64,000 nucleotides of DNA from the IMG/VR virus record IMGVR_UViG_3300031802_000001; one strand, 5' to 3'. The notes below the pieces were generated by a model. It saw only the letters and a program-made list of their open reading frames with translations. It was not told where the DNA came from and made no database searches. The position numbers and the translations under genes were made by a program. The stretch comes from an uncultured virus (IMG/VR IMGVR_UViG_3300031802_000001). Taxonomy: Duplodnaviria; Heunggongvirae; Uroviricota; Caudoviricetes. Below, piece by piece: positions 18,975 to 28,759 of the stretch (positions are counted from its first letter, which is position 1; each line of letters starts with the position of its first letter).

Positions 18975-20816
18975 CTACATAGTATATGATATTTGAGGCT
19001 TTGTATCAACTTTAGTAGCAGGTTCACCTGTCATAGTTCTACCTTTAGTAGGTTCATCTTTTTTCTTAGCAAGTTTTTCTTTTTCTGCTTTTTCTTTAAG
19101 TCTAGCTCTTAATGTTTCATATTTTAATTTGTAAGGACTAACAGATTCTTTTTTAACTTCTTTTTTATCTTCATCATTTTCTTTTTCAGCTTTATCTCTT
19201 AAAAGTTTACTTGCAAGACCAACTGTTAAAGGAACTTGTCCTGTTTCTTTATTTGCAACAGGTTTCATAATTTTATGTTTCTCATTTTCTAATTTAGCTT
19301 TAAGAACATTAATTTGACCTGTTAAAGTTAAGATTTGTTTCTCTTGAGCTGCTGGATCTTTTGTTCCAGAACCTTCCGCACCATCCATCTTATCTCTTTT
19401 CAATCTAATCTTTGCAATCTTAACACCAGGTTTATTATCTTTCTTAATTGCTGGTACTTTAGAAGTTGAAGCACCTTTTTCATCTTTTTCATCTGCTTCT
19501 TGTTGTATATTTTTACTAGGTAAAAGTTTAGAATCTCCTCGGTTTTCTGTATCACTTACAGCTTTACCCCAAAGTTGGTGACCAACATTTTCATTAGCGA
19601 CTTCGTGTAGCCATACGTCAACATTATGTGCTTCAAAATGACCAGGTCCTCGGCTTTTTTTATTAGCTTTATCAGCAAATTTATCTGCTAATTTTTCTGC
19701 TTTATTTTGTGCGTCTTTTTCACTAGAAGCACTTAATGTACCTCCGTCAGACTGGTTGTTGCCATCATCTCCGTAATCGGATGTTATCTCCAATTCATAA
19801 CGATATGTTGCTTCTTTTATAAAATTTTCATTTGCTGCTAATAATGCAGCTAATACAGTTGGATTTTTTGATAAACCTTTTTTAAGTGCTTCTATTGCAT
19901 TTGTAGCACCTGTATAATTGTTTGCCATTTTCTTAGCAATCTCAACTGCTTTCTTAACTAGCTCACTTGCGCCTTCTTCTATATCATTGCCTTTAGGTTG
20001 TTTTTCAGCAACTCTATAACCAAATCTATATTTTTTCTTAGCGTTTCTTGAAGCACTACCTGTTGTAGTTGAAGTATTAGCACCATCTTTTTCTTTTAAT
20101 TCTCTTTCTTCTTTTAATTTCTTTTGAGCTGCACGTACTATTAATTTGTTGCCTTGAAAATTTCTTTTACCTATTGGAATATTTTGTACTTTTCCACCTT
20201 TAGTAATAAAATCTTTCATCAATTTATCGTGTTCTTTTTGTTTTTCTGGAGCAAGTGCTTCTGCTTGTACAAATTCTTCTTTGCTTAATTGTTCATAACT
20301 TTTTTTATTAAATCTGGAAATTGTTCTGTTAGCTGGGTCTGCTTTGCTTAATTGTCTATCTTTTTCTTTAACTTCTCTCTCCATCTTAGCAATTTTTGAT
20401 TGCCAACCAGATTCTTTTTCCTTTTTCAATTGACTTATTACATCATTAAAACCAACTACTCTACCGCTTCTTCCAGAAGCTTTTACCGCTATTTTAGCTC
20501 TTCGCATAAAGGCGTTATTGGATTTATGGTCATAACCGTACTTCTTCAGAACGTATTCCAGAGCAGACGAATAATTATCATCATCTTGATAGGATTCTTC
20601 TACCTTATTAAAAAATATTGTCTTTTCTTTAGGCGTCATTGAACCGATACCTCTACCAGCTTTATCTAATTCTTTTTTAAACTTGTCTTGATAAGCAGAC
20701 TCTTGATATGGTGATTGCTGTTTAGCAATTACATCTTCAAGACTACCAGGTTTTTGTTTTAAATATGTCATATATCTATTTATCTCCCCTTTTATGTCCA
20801 GACCACAATCTTTCAA
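18975..20816 (-). CDS. Large charged protein, likely internal head protein (true start may be ~20771)
   Basis: K/E-rich modular sequence with many (L/I)xE segments. Confidence 0.6.
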   Translation of the reverse strand: MKDCGLDIKGEINRYMTYLKQKPGSLEDVIAKQQSPYQESAYQDKFKKELDKAGRGIGSMTPKEKTIFFNKVEESYQDDDNYSSALEYVLKKYGYDHKSNNAFMRRAKIAVKASGRSGRVVGFNDVISQLKKEKESGWQSKIAKMEREVKEKDRQLSKADPANRTISRFNKKSYEQLSKEEFVQAEALAPEKQKEHDKLMKDFITKGGKVQNIPIGKRNFQGNKLIVRAAQKKLKEERELKEKDGANTSTTTGSASRNAKKKYRFGYRVAEKQPKGNDIEEGASELVKKAVEIAKKMANNYTGATNAIEALKKGLSKNPTVLAALLAANENFIKEATYRYELEITSDYGDDGNNQSDGGTLSASSEKDAQNKAEKLADKFADKANKKSRGPGHFEAHNVDVWLHEVANENVGHQLWGKAVSDTENRGDSKLLPSKNIQQEADEKDEKGASTSKVPAIKKDNKPGVKIAKIRLKRDKMDGAEGSGTKDPAAQEKQILTLTGQINVLKAKLENEKHKIMKPVANKETGQVPLTVGLASKLLRDKAEKENDEDKKEVKKESVSPYKLKYETLRARLKEKAEKEKLAKKKDEPTKGRTMTGEPATKVDTKPQISYTM

Positions 20817-22485
20817 ATGTAGCTTTGGCGCCTACGTGTTCATCTTTTTTCATTGCTTTAGCAATTTCGTGCCCTTTTACTATCGTTGATTTCTTTAACG
20901 GCGACCCATAGTCCTTTTTAATTTCTTTTGCCTTTGACATTCCTATTGCAAAGTTAGAATCATCATCACCAGAATCAGCATTTTCTATGAATTTTTTTGT
21001 ATCTGGTTCTACTTCAGCAGCAATAGGTGTTCTTCCTTTTAAATCTTGTAATTCTTTATCTAATTTTTGCTTTCTTACCATTACAGCAGTTTTCATTTGA
21101 GAATCTATTTTAGGATCATTTTGAATATCTTGTAATGCTTTTCTTTTAGCCTTATAATCTTCCATATCTTTTAAAGCTTCTACTAATTTTGATAAGTGTG
21201 GAATGTCCGCTTGTTTAATTGCTAATTGTGTAGGTATATCCATTTTCTTAATCATATCTTTAACAGTTTGAGTAACGTCTGAAGCTTTTTTATTCTTCCA
21301 TACGTTCTTAATGTTGGCAAGTTGTGTAGCGTTCATCTTACTTGCTAAATAATCAGCAGGCACAGCAGATTCATCTAATCTTTGTGGTCTATCTGTTTCT
21401 AATCCTGCAATATTAAATCCTGATTCATCATCATCACCCTCTTTAATTACTTTAACTGATTTAGTATGACTCATATTACCTGTTTTATACCACTTAATAT
21501 ATTTTTCTGCTTCAGCAGGTGTCTTATATTTACCAATAACTAATTTACCACCATCTTTTTTTGTAATCTGTACTGTATATGTTTCTTTAAAATTTAAATC
21601 GTGTGTTGTAATTGAAACATTTTTTGCACCATCTTTTTTCAATTGAGCAGCTTTATCATCTGCGTCTTTTTTTGTTTTAAGTGGTACTACAAATCTTTTT
21701 CCATTTTTAGGGTCTAAATATCTTACTGCAAATCCTGATTCAAACTTTTCTTCCAATTCTTCTTTTCTCATTCTTGCCAATTGGGAAGCGTTTGCTCCGT
21801 ATTTTGATATTAACCTTGATGAAGCCATCATTGACAAGAATGGAATATCAGCTTTCAGTAAGTTTACCAAAGCTGTTTTACTCTTGTCTATCTTATCAAA
21901 TATTTTTCTTAACTTGTCAGCACTTGGTCCACTAATAGTTTTACCTCTTAACCCTTCGTAATCTTTTTTAAGATTTGTTATTTGAGTATTTGTGAATTCG
22001 TTTAATACTTCTTCACCTAAAATACTTTTAACAGTTGATACTTTAAGATTTAAATGATTTGCTATTTCTTTAGCTGATTTTCCTTCTTGGTCCATCGTAT
22101 AGATATCTTTCATACGACCTTCGTCAAACACTTCTTCTTTATGTTCAACAGGTGATTGACTCATCAACCACTCTTTATGTGTTTTATTTGGATGTACTTT
22201 AGTACAATCGTGTTCTTCACCTAAAATTGATTTAGGCATAATTTGAACATCACCATCAACAAATTTATCAGTTTCTTTTTTTAATATTTTTTTAATTTGG
22301 TCTAGGTCTTTTTTTGGAACGTATAAGTTACCATATGAAAATCTAATATGACCGAATCCATTTTTCTTTAAAAAAGATAAAACGCCACTCTCATAGCCTT
22401 CTTGCATTTTCTCCAATGTTTCTCGCATTGGCTGTCTGTAGCGACTCAGCTTCCACTTTTCCATTTGTTCTTTTAAATCTCCCAT
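20776..22485 (-). CDS. Large charged modular protein, likely internal head protein
   Basis: Repeated KSILGEE and ADIP(F/H)LS segments; HTH-like GKSAKEIANHLNLKVSTVKSIL. Confidence 0.6.
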   Translation of the reverse strand: MGDLKEQMEKWKLSRYRQPMRETLEKMQEGYESGVLSFLKKNGFGHIRFSYGNLYVPKKDLDQIKKILKKETDKFVDGDVQIMPKSILGEEHDCTKVHPNKTHKEWLMSQSPVEHKEEVFDEGRMKDIYTMDQEGKSAKEIANHLNLKVSTVKSILGEEVLNEFTNTQITNLKKDYEGLRGKTISGPSADKLRKIFDKIDKSKTALVNLLKADIPFLSMMASSRLISKYGANASQLARMRKEELEEKFESGFAVRYLDPKNGKRFVVPLKTKKDADDKAAQLKKDGAKNVSITTHDLNFKETYTVQITKKDGGKLVIGKYKTPAEAEKYIKWYKTGNMSHTKSVKVIKEGDDDESGFNIAGLETDRPQRLDESAVPADYLASKMNATQLANIKNVWKNKKASDVTQTVKDMIKKMDIPTQLAIKQADIPHLSKLVEALKDMEDYKAKRKALQDIQNDPKIDSQMKTAVMVRKQKLDKELQDLKGRTPIAAEVEPDTKKFIENADSGDDDSNFAIGMSKAKEIKKDYGSPLKKSTIVKGHEIAKAMKKDEHVGAKATFERLWSGHKRGDK

Positions 22486-22908
22486 TTAAGTAAAAATCTT
22501 TCTCTTTTTAAATATATAAGACAAACTATGTCTGCTATATAAATGTCCTCCGTGAACATCAAAATTTCTTCTTAACTGATCCATATAAATTCTATCTAGT
22601 ACATTACCACGAGCACCTTTTGCTGGAGCATTAACACCAGCAGGTTTAAGAATATCTCCTGATACTTTATCTATAAAAGCAGCAATGGATCGTTTCTGAC
22701 CTCTCTCGGTATCCCAAATCTTAATATACTTTGGTCCTGTAGTTTGAGAAAATTCTCTACCCATTTTCTTAAACATATCTCTAAATGATGGATGAGTTCT
22801 AATCTTATCTGCCCCAATTTTTATATACTCTCCTACACCTTTTGCAACATTAGGGTTAGCCATAGCTTCGTATATAGATTGGACGTAGTCCTTATATGTT
22901 TTTGGCAT
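22486..22908 (-). CDS. Conserved phage hypothetical protein
   Basis: KYIKI...AFIDKVSGDILKPAGVNAPAKGARGNV; N-terminus MPKTYKDY. Confidence 0.65.
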   Translation of the reverse strand: MPKTYKDYVQSIYEAMANPNVAKGVGEYIKIGADKIRTHPSFRDMFKKMGREFSQTTGPKYIKIWDTERGQKRSIAAFIDKVSGDILKPAGVNAPAKGARGNVLDRIYMDQLRRNFDVHGGHLYSRHSLSYIFKKRKIFT

Positions 22909-22916
22909 TTCTCTCT

Positions 22917-25670
22917 CTAAATTTTTTCAATCATCTTAGCGACTACTTCATTTAGTTTTGCTTTCCACTCTTCTTTATAACGTTGCTTATATTTATCTAT
23001 TACTGTATCTTGGGCAGCCCATTCACTAACTTCTTTTTTTGTTAGTGTATCTTCTCCAACTTTAGCATCCGTTGCCTTACCTGGATGAGATATGTACTTA
23101 TCTGTAGGTTTTCCTCGGTCTTTTGCGTCAACTGGTTTCTCATCTGGCGTTTCTAAAGGCGTCATTTCCTTACAATGATTAGCATAATCAGCACCTATTT
23201 CATAACTATCTTTAAATGTTTTGTATGATTTCTTTTGTAATGGTGCTGTAGGTTTAGGCATACTCGGTACTGCTGTAAATCCATAATCAACGTCAAGATT
23301 ATACTCTCTTAACATTGGTTCTTTATTAGCAGCAATTGGAACACAATCCCAAATCCAGCATTTGTGTAAATTATTATTCGTATCTTCTAGTACAACATAG
23401 TTCGTACCTCTTCGTACTACTTTACCTTGTTTATCTTCTTTAAGATACTTGACCTGGTCTCCCAAATTGAATATCATCTCCCTAACGTATAGGTCTCTTA
23501 CTTGTTTCTGTTCAAACTGTCCCAATGTCATAACTGGTTTTGAATCATCTGATTTATACTCTTCTTTTATACCCATACCTTTTCTTATAGATTTAAACAG
23601 TCCTTCAACATCTCTAAATTGAGATGGTAGTCCTCTCTTAAATGTCTTTATATCATCATTTTGAGCAGCATCCCTCATCTTACTCGCACTCATACCAGAA
23701 GCGCCGTCTGCGTCAGGATCCCTCTCTCCAGCAGATATAACATCTATGTTTTTAAAGTTATAGTGTCCGTGTCTGCTCTTAATATCATTATACTTTTTAA
23801 GTATATTGTCAAACTCTCTTACTCTATCACTACCTACAACCATTTTAATAGCATTGTACCCTTGTTTATATAACATAGTAACAATATCTAAAATCATATT
23901 CGTTGTATTAATTTCAATGTTTCTAGCGTATTGTGGAAACATTTGTTTCATATACTTTAACTTATCTCTAACAGATAATGGATTCTTTTTACTATCTTCG
24001 GACCTACTAATATAAATTTTATAATTTCTGTCTGCTCTTGCAACTTTATTAATAAGTTTTTCGTGACCTATTGTTGGTGGATTAAATCTACCAAATGTAA
24101 ATGCAATAGACTTACTAGCAACTGCTTCTGATTTCAAACTTTTTATTTCAGCATCTGTTACCTTTTCATCTTCTAAAATAGCTTTACACTTATCAAAGAA
24201 TTTTGTATAATGGAATTTCTCCAAATACTTATAGACAACATTTTTAGGTAACTTATGAGCGATACCATATTTTTTAATCTCTTCTGGTGTCAAAGGTCTA
24301 TTAAATAAATCCCTTCTTGCCTGCATAAGGTTATCTCCCATTTCGGAAAATTTCTTTATAGCATCCTCTATCTCTTCTAATTTCTCAGCAGTTTTTAAAT
24401 GTAAATCTAATACATCATTTGGTTTTAATTCTTTTAACTCTTCATAGTCAACTATATCTCTTTGTAATTCTCCTTTAACTACATCTATTTCTGCAACTTT
24501 CTTTTGAAATCCTGCCTCATATACTTTAGGATCAAACGTTTGTTCTTTAGGTCTCTTATCAAATTTCTGTTTAAGTACATCATAAACACCTGTAGCAGTT
24601 TTAAGATGAGCGGTATTTACTCCAGGATCAGTTTGAACATAATAATTAATCGGGTGTTGTGTTCCTGGTATAAGTTTACCATTTAATGTTCCTACAGATT
24701 GTCTTGCTTCTAAACCAACTGTTTCTCTTTTCTCTACTGGCAGGTCTATCAATACATCAATATCTAAATCTGCGTCATTTCTATATCTCTTTCCAATAAT
24801 AGAACCTATTAATTTTATTGATATAACAGGACCAAATTTTTCAAAAGTCTTTGCACCAGCTTTAATCATATCTAAAACTTTTGGTTTTAATTTTGGATTT
24901 TCTGTTTCAGCGTCATCAAATATGCCTACAGCATATCTACCTTTAGGCACATCTATAATACTTTCAGGAAGCATTCTACCTACATTAAACAATGTATTCT
25001 TATACATTTTTTCTTTTGTCATCCAATCTTTTGCTATATGACTTTTAACAGGTGCTCTTAAATATTGTCTTACAATTTTATCACAATTTGATAAAGTTTG
25101 TGTTACTAATTCTTTATCTGATTTATTATTATCTACTATAATAAAATTTGATTGACCAAATAATCTTTGATACTTACCTATATTTCCTTGTACACCTTTC
25201 CAAGATTGTACTACAACATACTCTGGTATGTTTCTTGTTCTTGTTTTATTTCTTTCTATTGCTACATCTAAAGTTGTGTTAACAAATACCATATAACAAT
25301 CATAACCTAAATTATATAATTTTCTATACTCCTCATTAATTCTACTATAATCTCTACCTGTAGCGTCAACAACTAATCCTAATCTACCAAAAAGATACTG
25401 GTCTAATTGTTTATACATAAGAGATTTTGCTTTTTCTCTCATTCTATCTCTTATTTGTTTTTCACTTTCAGGCATAGTTGCTTTCAATCCTGCATTTTTT
25501 AATGCCCTTTCAAAATGACTATCTGAATTTACAAATCTTAATCCTGTACCTGCAAAAGCACTAGAGGCGATAAACGTTTTACCTGAACCAGGTCCACCTG
25601 CCATAAAGAAAGCTTTAAATATACCTGGGTCATAAAGTCCTTCTTGTAATAAAAATTCTTTAAATTTCAT
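22917..25670 (-). CDS. Multidomain protein: P-loop kinase + Pol-beta-type nucleotidyltransferase + HIGH-family cytidylyltransferase
   Basis: GGPGSGKT and VVDATG; GSIIGKRYRNDADLDID; FTFGRFNPPTIGHEKL, VVGSDRV and MSASKMR. Confidence 0.8.
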   Translation of the reverse strand: MKFKEFLLQEGLYDPGIFKAFFMAGGPGSGKTFIASSAFAGTGLRFVNSDSHFERALKNAGLKATMPESEKQIRDRMREKAKSLMYKQLDQYLFGRLGLVVDATGRDYSRINEEYRKLYNLGYDCYMVFVNTTLDVAIERNKTRTRNIPEYVVVQSWKGVQGNIGKYQRLFGQSNFIIVDNNKSDKELVTQTLSNCDKIVRQYLRAPVKSHIAKDWMTKEKMYKNTLFNVGRMLPESIIDVPKGRYAVGIFDDAETENPKLKPKVLDMIKAGAKTFEKFGPVISIKLIGSIIGKRYRNDADLDIDVLIDLPVEKRETVGLEARQSVGTLNGKLIPGTQHPINYYVQTDPGVNTAHLKTATGVYDVLKQKFDKRPKEQTFDPKVYEAGFQKKVAEIDVVKGELQRDIVDYEELKELKPNDVLDLHLKTAEKLEEIEDAIKKFSEMGDNLMQARRDLFNRPLTPEEIKKYGIAHKLPKNVVYKYLEKFHYTKFFDKCKAILEDEKVTDAEIKSLKSEAVASKSIAFTFGRFNPPTIGHEKLINKVARADRNYKIYISRSEDSKKNPLSVRDKLKYMKQMFPQYARNIEINTTNMILDIVTMLYKQGYNAIKMVVGSDRVREFDNILKKYNDIKSRHGHYNFKNIDVISAGERDPDADGASGMSASKMRDAAQNDDIKTFKRGLPSQFRDVEGLFKSIRKGMGIKEEYKSDDSKPVMTLGQFEQKQVRDLYVREMIFNLGDQVKYLKEDKQGKVVRRGTNYVVLEDTNNNLHKCWIWDCVPIAANKEPMLREYNLDVDYGFTAVPSMPKPTAPLQKKSYKTFKDSYEIGADYANHCKEMTPLETPDEKPVDAKDRGKPTDKYISHPGKATDAKVGEDTLTKKEVSEWAAQDTVIDKYKQRYKEEWKAKLNEVVAKMIEKI

Positions 25671-26885
25671 TTACTTCCATCCTTTGGGCAACGTAAAGTT
25701 CGCCCTACTAAATTCTAATCTATCTACTAATTTTACTGCACCTGCTACTCTATCTACTGCAACAAATCCTTCTGGTGCTGTTACTCTATATCCTGTTCCT
25801 GTTTTAATATAGTGTCCAATTTGTTGTATCTGATTCATCTTTTGTATCAATGTAGTCTTCGCATTTGCTAACGTTACGTGACTTGCAATTGCAAAATACA
25901 AAGAAGATTTGTTTTGATTGATAAATCTTAAACCATTTGCTAATATATCTCTATATTTTTGTTTTGCTTTATCTGTTTTTCTTGCGTCTATTTCCATCTT
26001 TAAAATATTTTCATAGTAATCTCTAAACATATCTTGCAAAACTTTAACCTTTCCCATACCACCTTTATTACTCTTAATATAATAATTGAAAAAGGATTTT
26101 AATCTAAACCCTACAGACAAAGGATTACTAGCACTACTTTGCATTTCATCTAATATCTTTGCACCCTTATGCAATGAACCTTCTGCCATTCTTATTTGAG
26201 CGTCAAACTTACTTAATTCTGATTTAGTAAACATAATAGAACCAGAATCGTCCCTATAAGCAGCACTCGCTACCCACACTCTTGAATTGCCTGAACCTCT
26301 AACGTTACCAAAATTTGCGTTCAAAGCTTTTATAGTCTTACCTGTGTACATTGTATGGAAAACTATACCCATTTTAGCACGAGCAATTTTCTTACCAATA
26401 CCACTACTTGCTTGTACTGCATATGTAATTGTATTAGGTGTAAAGGAAATCATTTTCTCTCCATCTATTGATACTGATTTCGTATCGTTAGTGAATAGTA
26501 AATCACCTTGTAAAATTTGTTTAATGTTTAAAGTAGATAGATGAGAAAGACATACTGATAGTTTTTGAGCAACGGCACCTGAATGGTTCCGTCTTATGTC
26601 TGCTGTTGTATAGTTTATTTTTGGAGTGACGTTGAATACTGATTTAGTTCCAACAAAGAATTTACCGTTTTCAGGATTGACACCACATATAATAGCAGGT
26701 GCTCCATCCCATTTAACAGTTGTATTGATTTTTGTACCAGAGTGGCCTGCCAACATATCTCTTACTGACTTTAAGAAATTGATAGCGTTTACTCCGCCTT
26801 TAGAACCTCTATTGATGATATCATCTTCTAGGTGTTCTAGGTGTGTATTTTTATCGTTTGTGAAAAAACCTTTAAAACTAAACAT
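25671..26885 (-). CDS. Conserved T4-like protein with ligase-like KxDG motif (DUF6267-like)
   Basis: NTHLEHLED, TVKWDGAPA, QGDLLF, PEGFV and KLVDRLEFS. Confidence 0.7.
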   Translation of the reverse strand: MFSFKGFFTNDKNTHLEHLEDDIINRGSKGGVNAINFLKSVRDMLAGHSGTKINTTVKWDGAPAIICGVNPENGKFFVGTKSVFNVTPKINYTTADIRRNHSGAVAQKLSVCLSHLSTLNIKQILQGDLLFTNDTKSVSIDGEKMISFTPNTITYAVQASSGIGKKIARAKMGIVFHTMYTGKTIKALNANFGNVRGSGNSRVWVASAAYRDDSGSIMFTKSELSKFDAQIRMAEGSLHKGAKILDEMQSSASNPLSVGFRLKSFFNYYIKSNKGGMGKVKVLQDMFRDYYENILKMEIDARKTDKAKQKYRDILANGLRFINQNKSSLYFAIASHVTLANAKTTLIQKMNQIQQIGHYIKTGTGYRVTAPEGFVAVDRVAGAVKLVDRLEFSRANFTLPKGWK

Positions 26886-26948
26886 TGTTCCTCATATTGT
26901 CCATTAATATACTATAACTATCACATACCCATTAACAAATCATATTAC

Positions 26949-26956
26949 TATTTATA
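26949..26956 (-). promoter_or_regulatory. Late promoter
   Basis: TATAAATA. Confidence 0.7.
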
Positions 26957-26959
26957 TAA

Positions 26960-28336
26960 TTATTTAGCTATAACAAATCTGGACGACATAGGACTCCTTG
27001 AGGTCATAACTTGAAACATTAATCTAACAAATAAAGTCTTTTTAGTTTTACTTGATGTATTAAACCAATCCCTTATACCTCCAGTTTGCCCTATTATCTT
27101 ATTGGTAATATTTTCAGCACTTGCAATTGCCATATAATGGTCATATTCAGTAATCTTTTTATTTGATGGCATTTTATTATTTCTAAGCGCTGTTTTAAGT
27201 TTGGGTGTTATAAGACTCTTTTCTTTATCAAATGCTTTATCACCTTTTTCATATGCTGTTTTAAATTTACCAGCGGCTGTTGGATCAATACTTCCCCATA
27301 TTAAAGCAAATTGTTTATGGGATGCTATAGAACCTGCTTTAGCTTTAGCTCCACCATATTTAATTTCAGATACAAACCTTCCTGAATCAGAAGGGTCGTG
27401 TCTTATTTGTATTTCACCTTTACCAACTATTTTAGATTCAAAAAATATTTGTATAGCTCTTGTTTCAGTTGTTCCTTTTTTATCTGAATATAAATCCCAA
27501 GATACTCTTTTATTTTTATGTAATCTTTTAAATGGTTTCCAATCAGACTTACCATTATATTTTATACTATCTAGCAATGCATTTTTTGTATCTTCTACAA
27601 AATTTACAGGTCTTAATGTTACCGTGCCTGTTTGTTTCTTTAATGACAATGGTAATAAATCTCCTCCATCAATTAATCTTGCTATAAAAACATTTAAACC
27701 ATCACCGTCTTCAGGTTTTTTAATTGTACCTTCTTTAAGATTGCCTCCAGAAAAACCATAAAGTTTATCATTAGCTAATCCTCCTGCTTTAATTAGTTCT
27801 GTTTTTATTGCGTCTTTAGCAATCTTATTAGCATAATATATATCTGCAGGATTCCATTTATTAACATTTGCATATCCATAAAAAGTTGAAGATGTATTAC
27901 CCTTACCCCAAAGAGCAGTCATAGTACTACTAGCTTTATTTGCTATTTTATATAATGCTTCAATGCCACCCATTACTTCTTTATCACCTCTAAACCAATG
28001 AAAACCTGTACCTTCATATCCTTTTTTCTTTACATTAAAATCTGGATCAATTTTAGTTAAATCAGCAACTATTTTATTTGCAATTTGTATTGAAGATATA
28101 TACCACGAATCACTTTTTAATAAAAAATTATAAATATTTTTAGGAGATTCAGTTACATTCGCTTGCTTTAATGCTATGTTAATAAGCTTTTGATTAGCTT
28201 TTTGAAAATCTGAAAATGTAGGATATCCTTTTTTTGGATCTGTATTTAAAACTTCTTTTGATTTTTTTGCACCTAAACTATCTGCTATTGAGCAAAATAG
28301 TGCTTGGGCACTTTCAAATAATGATGTTTCTGACAT
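26960..28336 (-). CDS. Putative PD-(D/E)xK-type endonuclease-like protein
   Basis: N-terminal LFESAQA, KWNPADIY and PLSLKK. Confidence 0.5.
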   Translation of the reverse strand: MSETSLFESAQALFCSIADSLGAKKSKEVLNTDPKKGYPTFSDFQKANQKLINIALKQANVTESPKNIYNFLLKSDSWYISSIQIANKIVADLTKIDPDFNVKKKGYEGTGFHWFRGDKEVMGGIEALYKIANKASSTMTALWGKGNTSSTFYGYANVNKWNPADIYYANKIAKDAIKTELIKAGGLANDKLYGFSGGNLKEGTIKKPEDGDGLNVFIARLIDGGDLLPLSLKKQTGTVTLRPVNFVEDTKNALLDSIKYNGKSDWKPFKRLHKNKRVSWDLYSDKKGTTETRAIQIFFESKIVGKGEIQIRHDPSDSGRFVSEIKYGGAKAKAGSIASHKQFALIWGSIDPTAAGKFKTAYEKGDKAFDKEKSLITPKLKTALRNNKMPSNKKITEYDHYMAIASAENITNKIIGQTGGIRDWFNTSSKTKKTLFVRLMFQVMTSRSPMSSRFVIAK

Positions 28337-28343
28337 AATGCTA

Positions 28344-28351
28344 TATTTATA
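28344..28351 (-). promoter_or_regulatory. Late promoter
   Basis: TATAAATA 7 nt before the ATG. Confidence 0.7.
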
Positions 28352-28357
28352 TAGCAG

Positions 28358-28681
28358 TTAGAGCGTTTTTAAATCTGATTTAAAACATAAATGTTTGACA
28401 ATGCCACCGTTCTCTTGCCATACTTTATTTTTATTTTGAAACTTTGCTAATTTATCTGCGTCTTCTTCAAAAAAGAATTCTGAAACTATCTGATTGGTTG
28501 GTTTCTCAATGACGTGCCAAAGTATTTTTCTATCTTTCTTAACTAACTTCTTCTCATAAGAAAGTTTATACTTGTAGATAGCAGGTCTTTTATCACCTCT
28601 ACTAAACCTAACTTTTTGTTTTCTCATTTTTTTTTCTTTCATTTTTCTTTTTCTTTTTACCAAAGATATGATTCCAACCAT
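28358..28681 (-). CDS. Basic hypothetical protein (start uncertain)
   Basis: ORF; true start is probably one of the internal Mets. Confidence 0.55.
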   Translation of the reverse strand: MVGIISLVKRKRKMKEKKMRKQKVRFSRGDKRPAIYKYKLSYEKKLVKKDRKILWHVIEKPTNQIVSEFFFEEDADKLAKFQNKNKVWQENGGIVKHLCFKSDLKTL

Positions 28682-28748
28682 CTTTGTATTTTTTATTTAC
28701 TGGTCTCCAAAAACCGTCCCATTGCTTTCCTTTAACACCTGACCTCAT
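28608..28748 (-). CDS. Small basic protein (46 aa), not in the ORF track
   Basis: MRSGVKGKQWDGFWRPVNKKYKDGWNHIFGKKKK... Confidence 0.45.
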   Translation of the reverse strand: MRSGVKGKQWDGFWRPVNKKYKDGWNHIFGKKKKKNERKKNEKTKS

Positions 28749-28759
28749 TATAATATGTA

